DNA of 64,000 bases, taken from sequence record NC_041936.1; one strand, given 5' to 3'. Position 1 is the first letter of the stretch. The number at the start of each line of letters is the position of its first letter. The stretch is from Escherichia phage ECD7. The translations under genes were made by a program, and so were the position numbers. Positions 54,572 to 61,996 of the stretch are shown piece after piece. The notes beneath the pieces are model-generated. The model made no database searches. It was not told the DNA's origin and saw only the letters and a program-made list of their open reading frames with translations.

Positions 54572-54784
54572 TTATAATGCACCATCAAGCAATTGCTCTA
54601 AGGTGTATCCTGAATAGTCTTTTTCAATCAGGATATATTTTCCTACTCGTTTAATCCAACCGCGCATTTCAACGTATTCTGCGTAGTTGATGGTGCGAGT
54701 TGTTCCATCTTCCAGTAATGCAGTACCGATTTCGTTGATGCGGTCATAAGTTACGTCGGTAATGATGATTTCGATGTTAGCCAT
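54572..54784 (-). CDS. hypothetical small protein (70 aa from ATG 54784)
   Basis: Begins MANIE like the product of 56662..56913; track ORF has 17-codon extension from a GTG. Confidence 0.5.
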   Translation of the reverse strand: MANIEIIITDVTYDRINEIGTALLEDGTTRTINYAEYVEMRGWIKRVGKYILIEKDYSGYTLEQLLDGAL

Positions 54785-54820
54785 TTGATACTCATTAGTA
54801 GTTCGTTTCGGTATGTGTGC

Positions 54821-54849
54821 ATTATAGGGGATCACCGATCCCTTGTCAA
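54821..54849 (-). promoter_or_regulatory. promoter-leader cassette copy a (TTGACA, 17-nt spacer ggggatcggtgatcccc-like, TATAAT)
   Basis: Minus-strand -35 at 54844..54849, -10 at 54821..54826. Confidence 0.6.
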
Positions 54850-54857
54850 CAACTTTT

Positions 54858-55376
54858 TTAGTTATTTTTTAATTGCTCATCTTGCAATAGGGCAATCACA
54901 TGCTGGCGATGTTCTTCCGATTGAGGCACACCGAAAAAGTTTGTTTTGTAGAAATACTCTAATCGGTCTTCTCGTGTGCTCTCTTCCATCATGATCGCGG
55001 GTAGTCCGAGATTTCGGAAACGTCGCTTTTCTGCTGGCGTAAAATCACTGTAATACAGCATATAATCATCATTACCAGCAATGCTAAACTCATCCTTCAT
55101 GAAAGAGAATATTGCGTTTAAACGCTGTTTACCGTCCACGATTTCGATTTCATAGCGAGAGCCATCATCAATCTTAGCCATTGCGATAGCACCAACCGGA
55201 AAATCATTAATCAGGTTTTCGATAAACATACGTTTGTTTTCTGTGTCCCATACCAAAGGACGCTGATAATCTGGGTTCATGTTGATATAGCCATCTTCTA
55301 ACCATGCTTCGTAAACAGAGATGACAAAGTTTTTAGTATTGGTATAGTAACGGCGTTTAGGCGTTAAACGGTTCAT
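54858..55376 (-). CDS. DUF262/ParB-like nuclease-superfamily protein (172 aa from ATG 55376)
   Basis: Motifs DYQRPLVW and IVDGKQRLNAI; start has GGAG SD and abuts upstream stop. Confidence 0.55.
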   Translation of the reverse strand: MNRLTPKRRYYTNTKNFVISVYEAWLEDGYINMNPDYQRPLVWDTENKRMFIENLINDFPVGAIAMAKIDDGSRYEIEIVDGKQRLNAIFSFMKDEFSIAGNDDYMLYYSDFTPAEKRRFRNLGLPAIMMEESTREDRLEYFYKTNFFGVPQSEEHRQHVIALLQDEQLKNN

Positions 55377-55377
55377 A

Positions 55378-55707
55378 TTATAGTCTCCTGAATGGATCAT
55401 CACGTAAATCAATATCTTTTAAGAACTCATCCCATGAATGGCGGATATTGTTCTTAATTCTCCAGATAAGCGCAGGGATTGAACGCTCTCCCATCTGGAA
55501 GTAAGGATCATATGATCCGTATGCCCAATATGCTACTACAATTCCACAATCAGCGCAATAGTATTCTATTTCACTTGCTGGCGACCAAAGTCCATCAATA
55601 TGATCAGTGATCTTGCTTTCGATGTTATGGCTATGACAATCAGGGCAACGGATGCAATGACCTTGTTTATCGTAATTTGACGTTAGAGAATACTTAAACA
55701 ATCTCAT
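55378..55707 (-). CDS. small zinc-ribbon protein (109 aa)
   Basis: CIRCPDCH ... CADCG Cys pairs. Confidence 0.55.
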   Translation of the reverse strand: MRLFKYSLTSNYDKQGHCIRCPDCHSHNIESKITDHIDGLWSPASEIEYYCADCGIVVAYWAYGSYDPYFQMGERSIPALIWRIKNNIRHSWDEFLKDIDLRDDPFRRL

Positions 55708-56423
55708 TATAGATCCTTATTGGCTTCAAATACTGCCTTTGCGAATCCTCGCGGCGTAAGTGACCTGATAGTCTTTGTTCTGGTTCCTTTCCCGCCTAGC
55801 TTAGAATGCTGTTTGCTGTACCCTTTATTAATCTGCAACGGTTTCTTTTCTGGCATTATAAAGCCTTGTCCGGTCCATAAGCAAGTCTTTTTCGGGTACA
55901 TATCACGGGCGGCAATATACTCAGGAAACGTAGGATGCTTATCATCTTCCGGCAAATAACCGCCATATTCCCACGGATGGAACATGTAATCAGGCTTACG
56001 CCACATACTAGAGATAACGCTTACAGGATTCTCTATCATATAGGGAACTCCTAGCCATTCACCCAAATAAGCGGTTATTTTAGCTGCCCGTACATCATGA
56101 ACTTGAATCAATGGTCCTTGTTCTCGTTTCTTTCGTTCAAAGTGTGCAGCGCCACTAACAGCTAAATTGGTGCACGGTGGGAATGCAAATATAATATCCG
56201 GTTTCCCCCATTCAAGGTCCATTGCTCTTTCCAGCCAGTTCAAATCAATCCAGGTGTTTACATAGGTAATGTTTGGATGTTCAAATCTGGTATTATACTT
56301 TTTGTATGTACCGTGGTCGGCGTCATCCGCATTAAAGCAGACTACCTTATGACCTGCTTTAGCCCATTCTAGCCCCATTATCCCCGATCCGTCAAAGTTG
56401 CAGAATATTAATTTTTGTTTCAT
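55707..56423 (-). CDS. C5-cytosine methyltransferase-like protein (238 aa)
   Basis: FDGSGIMG (motif I-like), FAFPPCTNLAVSG (PC motif IV-like), MIENPVS (ENV motif VI-like); shorter than typical C5-MTases. Confidence 0.5.
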   Translation of the reverse strand: MKQKLIFCNFDGSGIMGLEWAKAGHKVVCFNADDADHGTYKKYNTRFEHPNITYVNTWIDLNWLERAMDLEWGKPDIIFAFPPCTNLAVSGAAHFERKKREQGPLIQVHDVRAAKITAYLGEWLGVPYMIENPVSVISSMWRKPDYMFHPWEYGGYLPEDDKHPTFPEYIAARDMYPKKTCLWTGQGFIMPEKKPLQINKGYSKQHSKLGGKGTRTKTIRSLTPRGFAKAVFEANKDL

Positions 56424-56665
56424 ATACGACCCTTTAACCCAGCACAGATTTTAGTCGGTTCTTTACCGTGCCACATTAAGTAAAGTCCGTTAGTGCGGCC
56501 TTGTTTTGTATATGATTCTTTTCTGATCTTCTTATAGTATCGTGCTTCCTCAGCCGATTGTTTAGAATGCCGATCATAAAGGAAGAGGAACAAAGGCCAA
56601 CCATTAGCGGCCTTAATGCAGTTATTAAGAAATTCCTTATTGCGTTTAATTAATTTTCTTTTCAC
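56420..56665 (-). CDS. hypothetical basic protein (81 aa)
   Basis: ORF coupled to flanking genes by 4-nt overlaps. Confidence 0.5.
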   Translation of the reverse strand: MKRKLIKRNKEFLNNCIKAANGWPLFLFLYDRHSKQSAEEARYYKKIRKESYTKQGRTNGLYLMWHGKEPTKICAGLKGRI

Positions 56666-56913
56666 GCTGCCCCCATTGGTTTGATAGTAACAGAATCTAA
56701 AAGACCTTTGTTAGCCAGTTCGCGGCAAGTTTTCAGATCCGTAACTTCCCAGCCAGCCGCAATCAGGTTATCAATGAGGCTGTTAGCAACTTCCTCGCTC
56801 ATGAAAGAGCACTGTTTGCCGATGGTGTAGCGCACACGCTGTAATTTCAGTTTACGGAAGCCTTTAACGTTCAGGTCTTTAGCGATTTTCTTTGCGGTTT
56901 CGATGTTAGCCAT
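56662..56913 (-). CDS. hypothetical protein (83 aa)
   Basis: ORF with GGAGAATC SD, downstream of promoter copy b. Confidence 0.55.
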   Translation of the reverse strand: MANIETAKKIAKDLNVKGFRKLKLQRVRYTIGKQCSFMSEEVANSLIDNLIAAGWEVTDLKTCRELANKGLLDSVTIKPMGAA

Positions 56914-56953
56914 TGTTTGATTCTCCTAAGTGGTATCTCGTCTTGATGGTTGT

Positions 56954-56982
56954 ATTGTAGGGGAGTTATCCTCCCCTGTCAA
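56954..56982 (-). promoter_or_regulatory. promoter-leader cassette copy b (TTGACA, palindromic spacer ggggaggataactcccc, TACAAT)
   Basis: -35 at 56977..56982, -10 at 56954..56959. Confidence 0.6.
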
Positions 56983-56996
56983 CACTTTTTATAAAA

Positions 56997-57164
56997 TTAT
57001 TTGTTAATTTCTGGTGCGTTGCTCGGATAGTAACCTTCTTTAACGCCCAGGTATTTCGCAACCATCCCTACAATCTTCTGTGCTACTACAATGTCAAATT
57101 TCAGATAATCTTCGCCGTGGGTTTCAATGATATATGCTTCACATGCTGCTTTAGTCTCGAACAT
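56997..57164 (-). CDS. hypothetical small protein (55 aa), paralogue of 60255..60422
   Basis: MFETKAACEAYIIETHGEDYLKFDIVVAQKIVGMVAKYLGVKEGYYPSNAPEINK; below ORF-track size cutoff. Confidence 0.6.
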   Translation of the reverse strand: MFETKAACEAYIIETHGEDYLKFDIVVAQKIVGMVAKYLGVKEGYYPSNAPEINK

Positions 57165-57197
57165 TTTGATTCTCCTATTTCGTTTCGGTATGGGTGT

Positions 57198-57226
57198 ATT
57201 ATAGGGGATCTCCCGATCCCCGTCAA
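57198..57226 (-). promoter_or_regulatory. promoter-leader cassette copy c (TTGACG, spacer ggggatcgggagatccc, TATAAT)
   Basis: -35 at 57221..57226, -10 at 57198..57203. Confidence 0.6.
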
Positions 57227-57240
57227 CAACTTTTTTAAAA

Positions 57241-57522
57241 TTATTCGTGATTAGTTTCGATGTTGTGCATTTTGCACCAGTTCAGCCAATCGCCCAGATC
57301 TTGATAGTTGATGCTTTTATCTGCTGCCATCGTTTTTGTCTTGATACCCATATGTGCGTTATGAGTAAGCATTTTTACAGTGAACTCAATTTTATCGCCT
57401 TTAGCTTTAACATCAACCAGTTTGGTCCACTGGCTACCAGCGCCGCGAATGTTCATGCCAACGATGTTTCCGATGTATGCTTCTTTGTTTTTCAGGATTT
57501 CGGTTGCTTTGATGAATTTCAT
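57241..57522 (-). CDS. hypothetical protein (93 aa)
   Basis: ORF downstream of cassette copy d. Confidence 0.55.
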   Translation of the reverse strand: MKFIKATEILKNKEAYIGNIVGMNIRGAGSQWTKLVDVKAKGDKIEFTVKMLTHNAHMGIKTKTMAADKSINYQDLGDWLNWCKMHNIETNHE

Positions 57523-57565
57523 TTTTGATTCTCCAGTTCGTTTCGGTATGGGTGTATTATGCTAT

Positions 57566-57594
57566 GTTCTTACTTTGGTGTCAACAACTTTTTA
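57566..57594 (-). promoter_or_regulatory. promoter-leader cassette copy d (TTGACA, 17 nt, CATAAT; non-palindromic spacer)
   Basis: -35 at 57589..57594, -10 at 57566..57571. Confidence 0.55.
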
Positions 57595-57861
57595 GATATT
57601 TTCAGAAATAAATTTTAAAACTTGACGTAAATGTTTCTCATCTTTGATAGTCGCCGGAAGTTCTTCTTTTACTTCCTGTGCAAGATAGATATTTCCGTTC
57701 CAAGTGAAAGATCCGTCTTCGTTTACGCGATAGCTGAACATCCACTCGCAATCATTTTCGATTTCATATACACACAGAAGGGTGTAATCGTTAAAGCTAT
57801 TGATTTCAAGGTCGAAGCCGTGACGTTTTGCAAAGTTGGTAGTGGTTTTAGTCAGTGCCAT
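57592..57861 (-). CDS. hypothetical protein (89 aa)
   Basis: ORF downstream of cassette copy e. Confidence 0.55.
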   Translation of the reverse strand: MALTKTTTNFAKRHGFDLEINSFNDYTLLCVYEIENDCEWMFSYRVNEDGSFTWNGNIYLAQEVKEELPATIKDEKHLRQVLKFISENI

Positions 57862-57901
57862 TGTTTGATTCTCCTAAGTGGTATCTAGTTTCGATGGGTG
57901 T

Positions 57902-57930
57902 ATTATGCTATACACAGGATCTGGTGTCAA
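57902..57930 (-). promoter_or_regulatory. promoter-leader cassette copy e (TTGACA, 17 nt, CATAAT)
   Basis: -35 at 57925..57930, -10 at 57902..57907. Confidence 0.55.
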
Positions 57931-57954
57931 TGCCTTTTTTAAAATTTTATGCAA

Positions 57955-57980
57955 TAAAAAAGCCGACGCTATGGTCGGCT
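57955..57980 (-). terminator. rho-independent terminator (agccgac-gctatg-gtcggct, T6 on minus strand)
   Basis: Follows gene 57988..58296. Confidence 0.6.
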
Positions 57981-57987
57981 AATAAAA

Positions 57988-58296
57988 TCATTTAGACAAA
58001 TAATCATTCTGTGCAATCCGGTCGGCGTATGCTGGTGTTATGTCAATCGCCAGCACTTTAACGCGTGCTTTCTTGCGACCTGGGTTTTCTCGTAACCAGT
58101 GCTCATGACCGTGAATATTTTTATACTGCGATGCTTCTTCGAAGGTACGGATCGGACCTGGGTAATCAGCGTAAAGGATCTCTAGATCTTCGGTGATGTA
58201 AAAATATACATCGTAATTGCTGTTCTCTAGCTTAAGCAGAGACTTTCGGAACATTGGGAGATTTTCGCGGGTAAATTCAAAGATATTATCTTTCAT
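57988..58296 (-). CDS. HxHW-family small protein, member 1 (102 aa)
   Basis: HGHEHWLRENPGRKKARVKVLAIDI. Confidence 0.6.
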   Translation of the reverse strand: MKDNIFEFTRENLPMFRKSLLKLENSNYDVYFYITEDLEILYADYPGPIRTFEEASQYKNIHGHEHWLRENPGRKKARVKVLAIDITPAYADRIAQNDYLSK

Positions 58297-58320
58297 AGTA
58301 TTATCCTCAATAGTTGGATG

Positions 58321-58340
58321 AAAAGGGGCGTTAACGCCCC
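58321..58340 (-). terminator. rho-independent terminator (ggggcg-ttaa-cgcccc, TTTT on minus strand)
   Basis: Follows gene 58347..58634. Confidence 0.6.
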
Positions 58341-58346
58341 CATATA

Positions 58347-58634
58347 TTAAAACAGTCCTTCCTGTACACCGTAGTAGAGTTCGTCGCTGATAATTTCATT
58401 AATGCGACGGTGTGCATATTCCTGATTTGCGAAGTTGTCAGCAAGTTCTACTTTAGTTTCGCCGTCATGAGTCCATTTAGTGATAACTTTACCATCTGCA
58501 AATTTGAAGTTGAACTCTTTAGCTACTGCATCGCGTACCAGACGTGCAAACTTATTGTTGCGGATTGCATTGTCGGTTTCGTGTGCAGCGTGAGCAAATT
58601 TGTTAACTTTCAGAGTGATAGTGATGTATGCCAT
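58347..58634 (-). CDS. hypothetical protein (95 aa), AKEFN-family with 61640..61951
   Basis: RLVRDAVAKEFNFKF vs LIREVRKALAKEFNTKI. Confidence 0.55.
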   Translation of the reverse strand: MAYITITLKVNKFAHAAHETDNAIRNNKFARLVRDAVAKEFNFKFADGKVITKWTHDGETKVELADNFANQEYAHRRINEIISDELYYGVQEGLF

Positions 58635-58680
58635 AATTTGATTCTCCTAGTTAGAAAGTGTATCTCGTTTCGATGGGGAT

Positions 58681-58709
58681 ATTATGCTATACCCCCGATC
58701 TGGTGTCAA
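58681..58709 (-). promoter_or_regulatory. promoter-leader cassette copy f (TTGACA, 17 nt, CATAAT)
   Basis: -35 at 58704..58709, -10 at 58681..58686. Confidence 0.55.
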
Positions 58710-58715
58710 CACTTT

Positions 58716-59009
58716 TTATAAAATAATTTTTTGATATTTTTCTATGATGTTCGTGTAAGTCACATCAACCGCTAGCACCGTTGCTTCGAATCCACCGTTT
58801 AGCCAATGGCTATGATCATGGTCGTGAAAGAAACCTAGTCCAGTACGAAGACCTTCTTTATATTCTGCGCGTACATTCAGTTTGTCGTCGATAAACAGAT
58901 AAAACCATGAATTTTTACTAGGATTGATGATACAACCTTTCAGATTAGGGAGAATATCACGACTAAGAATAAATTTATCACCTACTTTGAACATAATATT
59001 AGTCCTCAC
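58716..59009 (-). CDS. HxHW-family small protein, member 2 (97 aa)
   Basis: HDHDHSHWLNGGFEATVLAVDV. Confidence 0.6.
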   Translation of the reverse strand: MRTNIMFKVGDKFILSRDILPNLKGCIINPSKNSWFYLFIDDKLNVRAEYKEGLRTGLGFFHDHDHSHWLNGGFEATVLAVDVTYTNIIEKYQKIIL

Positions 59010-59319
59010 TTATAAGGTCAAACCAATTGTTTTTCGCATAATGCTTAATGCGTGCTTGATCTGCTTCCGCTGGTGATAGATTCCATGCAACCACTACAAC
59101 TTCTGACGCATCGTCATCAGTTTCTGATACCCAATGATTGTGATTCATACAGTTATTTGCTATCGAGTGAGCAAATGATTTCATCACTGGAGACGTATAA
59201 TCATAGTAACGGATTTTCAGATTTTCATCAACATACAAATAGATCGTATAAGGTTTATATTCAGTAACCAGTAACAGACAGTTACGCAATTCTGGGAAAA
59301 TCTTTTTAGTTAATTTCAT
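58999..59319 (-). CDS. HxHW-family small protein, member 3 (106 aa)
   Basis: MNHNHWVSETDDDASEVVVVAWNL. Confidence 0.6.
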   Translation of the reverse strand: MKLTKKIFPELRNCLLLVTEYKPYTIYLYVDENLKIRYYDYTSPVMKSFAHSIANNCMNHNHWVSETDDDASEVVVVAWNLSPAEADQARIKHYAKNNWFDLISED

Positions 59320-59521
59320 ATTCTAGTTCTCCGTAATACACAGTAATCCATTTTTCTTCATACTTTGTATCTTTCCAGCACACAACCCCGTTTACTGTGC
59401 AATCTTTGGAATTGACGAATGATTCATATTGTTCTGCATCTTCCATCATTTCATGAGCGGTCTTTTCATCGAATATATCGCAGATCGCTTTATATGCTCG
59501 ATAATCTTTAAATTTGCTCAT
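59306..59521 (-). CDS. hypothetical small protein (71 aa from MSKFKDYRAY), tandem paralogue 1
   Basis: N-terminus and MMEDA motif shared with 59524..59733. Confidence 0.55.
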   Translation of the reverse strand: MSKFKDYRAYKAICDIFDEKTAHEMMEDAEQYESFVNSKDCTVNGVVCWKDTKYEEKWITVYYGELEYEIN

Positions 59522-59523
59522 AA

Positions 59524-59733
59524 TTAACACCACTCAAGAGTTTTTGAAAACACATCTATCCATTGTTGAGTATATGCGGTTTCTTTCCATGATACAATAC
59601 CAGTCGAATAATGGTTTTTGTTTCCAGAAAAGGACGGGCATTTTGATGCATCTTCCATCATCTTTTCGGCGAACTCTGGTGCGTATACTCGCAAGATCTG
59701 TTGATATGCTTTGTAGTCTTTAAATTTGCTCAT
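59524..59733 (-). CDS. hypothetical small protein (69 aa), tandem paralogue 2
   Basis: MSKFKDYKAY...EKMMEDASK. Confidence 0.55.
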   Translation of the reverse strand: MSKFKDYKAYQQILRVYAPEFAEKMMEDASKCPSFSGNKNHYSTGIVSWKETAYTQQWIDVFSKTLEWC

Positions 59734-59998
59734 AATCGTTAACTACCTTATCAGCTTCTTTTATTGTTTTTACATCAACTGCGATAATACGTAAAGGTTC
59801 GTCGAAGGTCCACCAATGATCGTGAATATCAGCTTGTGATTTATCACCAAAGGAATCACGAATATCATTTTTACATTTATAGCTAATGTGACCGTTATAG
59901 TCAACATAAAGGTAATTATCGAAAATCGGCGTTTTTAAGATCATACCGAAAAATCTTTCTTTGTGTGTCTTATCCAGCGTTGCAGTAATTCGCATCAT
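59720..59998 (-). CDS. HxHW-family small protein, member 4 (92 aa)
   Basis: ADIHDHWWTFDEPLRIIAVDV. Confidence 0.6.
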   Translation of the reverse strand: MMRITATLDKTHKERFFGMILKTPIFDNYLYVDYNGHISYKCKNDIRDSFGDKSQADIHDHWWTFDEPLRIIAVDVKTIKEADKVVNDYEQI

Positions 59999-60010
59999 AA
60001 TATATTCCTC

Positions 60011-60190
60011 TTAGAAAGGGATGGTCATTTCTTGAGCTTGTACATTCTCGTTAGGATTAAACTTCATCCAACCGATATTGTCTACCAGCATATACACATT
60101 TTTATCATATCCTACGTGAGTAGTCAACACTAAATGTGCTTTACCTTCAACGATGATTTCCATGTACTTCTGAACTTCGATAGCTTTCAT
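60011..60190 (-). CDS. hypothetical small protein (59 aa)
   Basis: ORF with GGAGAATC SD; below ORF-track size cutoff. Confidence 0.5.
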   Translation of the reverse strand: MKAIEVQKYMEIIVEGKAHLVLTTHVGYDKNVYMLVDNIGWMKFNPNENVQAQEMTIPF

Positions 60191-60222
60191 TTTGATTCTC
60201 CGTTTGTTGTCTTGATGGGAGT

Positions 60223-60251
60223 ATCTTACTACTCCCTTTAATCATTGTCAA
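60223..60251 (-). promoter_or_regulatory. promoter-leader cassette copy g (TTGACA, spacer with palindrome gggagta-n6-tactccc, TAAGAT)
   Basis: -35 at 60246..60251, -10 at 60223..60228. Confidence 0.5.
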
Positions 60252-60254
60252 CGA

Positions 60255-60422
60255 TTATTTGTTAATTTCCGGTGCGTTGCTTGGATAGTAACCTTCTTTA
60301 ACACCCAGATATTTTGCAACCATTCCGGTGATCTTCTGTGCCACTACGATATCGAATTTCAGGTAGTCTTCACCGTGGGTTGCTACAATGTATGCTTCGC
60401 ATTCTGCTTTAGTCTGGAACAT
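60255..60422 (-). CDS. hypothetical small protein (55 aa), paralogue of 56997..57164
   Basis: MFQTKAECEAYIVATHGEDYLKFDIVVAQKITGMVAKYLGVKEGYYPSNAPEINK. Confidence 0.6.
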   Translation of the reverse strand: MFQTKAECEAYIVATHGEDYLKFDIVVAQKITGMVAKYLGVKEGYYPSNAPEINK

Positions 60423-60455
60423 TTTGATTCTCCTTTATCTCGTTGGTATGTGTGC

Positions 60456-60484
60456 ATTATAGGGGATCACCGATCCCCTGTCAA
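60456..60484 (-). promoter_or_regulatory. promoter-leader cassette copy h (consensus TTGACA, 17-nt perfect palindrome ggggatcggtgatcccc, TATAAT)
   Basis: -35 at 60479..60484, -10 at 60456..60461; two GATC sites in spacer. Confidence 0.65.
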
Positions 60485-60489
60485 CAACT

Positions 60490-60783
60490 TTATAATGCTT
60501 TATATGCGTATTTCATAAATTTGTCTGCCACTTCATTGGCATGTTCAGATTCTACGCCTGATTCGAGAACAATAGCTAGGTCGGTTTCGTCATTCCCGCC
60601 GTACCAATGATTTGATGTTCGATTTTTTTCAATTGGAAATTGGTCACTTTTATCTGTGCGACAAAATACATCTAAATGCTCGTCGATGTAAAAGATCCAA
60701 TCTTCATAAAGAATAACGGTATTAGCCAGATTTTTATTGCCTTCAACGAAAGGTTCGGCTACAAACAAATTAGTATGTTCCAT
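60490..60783 (-). CDS. HxHW-family small protein, member 5 (start likely ATG 60783)
   Basis: TSNHWYGGNDETDLAIVLESG; track ORF extends to 60840, overlapping upstream ORF. Confidence 0.5.
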   Translation of the reverse strand: MEHTNLFVAEPFVEGNKNLANTVILYEDWIFYIDEHLDVFCRTDKSDQFPIEKNRTSNHWYGGNDETDLAIVLESGVESEHANEVADKFMKYAYKAL

Positions 60784-60799
60784 AGTAATTTCCTCAAAA

Positions 60800-60991
60800 T
60801 TATACAGCTTCGTAAACTTCCCAATGTCCAACACCAGCACGCTTAACGAAAAGGTTTTCTTTGATGTTATTCATAAACGTCTGGATGGATTTAATGCGGT
60901 TTGAAGGTTTCCATTCTTCGTTGGCATTGCGTCGATACATCATAACATTACCAGTTCGCTTATATTCAGCAACCATTTTAAGACCACACAT
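60800..60991 (-). CDS. hypothetical small protein (63 aa), ends with GHW motif
   Basis: GAGGA SD before ATG 60991; C-terminal GVGHWEVYEAV may be a truncated family member. Confidence 0.4.
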   Translation of the reverse strand: MCGLKMVAEYKRTGNVMMYRRNANEEWKPSNRIKSIQTFMNNIKENLFVKRAGVGHWEVYEAV

Positions 60992-61048
60992 AATATTATC
61001 CTCAATTTGCGGGAGAGTATTACCCCTCCCAATGATTGTTATGTTATA

Positions 61049-61369
61049 TCACACAAAATGGCGTGTCAATGCTTCTTTTGCGGTTCCGCTAAGACTTTCG
61101 ATCTCGCCTGGCATAACATCAACCGCCAGAACTTCTACAACATCCTCGGACCCTAACCAGTGAGTATGGCCTTTGTAGAACTTGATAACCAGACTACCTT
61201 CCTCGTCCCATTTAACGCTATCGCTAGCCCACCACACATCACCGTCGATAAAGTTGATGTAAAGCACACTACGCAACATTGAATTAATTACTTTCAATAC
61301 TGCGCCTTTCATCTCTTCCACGGTATGGTCTTCCATTTTGAAGACCATACCTACCTGAACTTTTGCCAT
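61049..61369 (-). CDS. HxHW-family small protein, member 6 (106 aa)
   Basis: KGHTHWLGSEDVVEVLAVDV. Confidence 0.6.
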   Translation of the reverse strand: MAKVQVGMVFKMEDHTVEEMKGAVLKVINSMLRSVLYINFIDGDVWWASDSVKWDEEGSLVIKFYKGHTHWLGSEDVVEVLAVDVMPGEIESLSGTAKEALTRHFV

Positions 61370-61386
61370 TTAGTCACCTCTCTTTA

Positions 61387-61566
61387 TTACATAACAATCA
61401 CGCCAGCCGTTGAAAGTTGATGTTTCAACTGAGCATTTTCTGCTACCGTCAAATCAATGATTTCTTGTGACGCTGCAATCATATATCCATTGGTGATATT
61501 GTTTTGCATCAGTTCAATGGTTTCTTCGTTGTAGCGGATTTTAGCGATGATTTCGTTGAAGTTCAT
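61387..61566 (-). CDS. hypothetical small protein (59 aa)
   Basis: ORF directly downstream of cassette copy i; below ORF-track size cutoff. Confidence 0.5.
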   Translation of the reverse strand: MNFNEIIAKIRYNEETIELMQNNITNGYMIAASQEIIDLTVAENAQLKHQLSTAGVIVM

Positions 61567-61600
61567 GATTGATTCTCCTAGTTCGTTTCGGTATGTGTGT

Positions 61601-61630
61601 AGTATAGGGGATCTCCCGATCCCCTGTCAA
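61601..61630 (-). promoter_or_regulatory. promoter-leader cassette copy i (TTGACA, 18-nt palindromic spacer ggggatcgggagatcccc, TATACT)
   Basis: -35 at 61625..61630, -10 at 61601..61606. Confidence 0.6.
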
Positions 61631-61639
61631 CAACTTTTT

Positions 61640-61951
61640 TTAAAGTTTTTCCATGATAACGGTCATAATTACATCTTCTGCGCGAGCGGTCAGATTATCA
61701 GCGTCAGCATGTGGGCGGTTGGTTGTTACAGAGATAACACCGTTGCGCACTGGTTTGATATTGATATCAAGATGATCCGCGAAACGTTCGCCAGTTACAG
61801 AATGAATTTTGGTGTTAAATTCTTTTGCCAGTGCCTTGCGAACTTCACGAATCAGGGTAGCGTTTTTCAGTTGGTTCTCCGCGCTCATGGTCTTCTGGGT
61901 GTTCATGGTTCCGTCGAAGTCAATCATTGGCAGCGTTACGATGTATTTCAT
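61640..61951 (-). CDS. hypothetical protein (103 aa), AKEFN-family with 58347..58634
   Basis: Shared AKEFN motif. Confidence 0.55.
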   Translation of the reverse strand: MKYIVTLPMIDFDGTMNTQKTMSAENQLKNATLIREVRKALAKEFNTKIHSVTGERFADHLDINIKPVRNGVISVTTNRPHADADNLTARAEDVIMTVIMEKL

Positions 61952-61996
61952 TTTTGATTCTCCGTTTAAGAAAGTGTGTTTCGTTTTGATGTGTGT

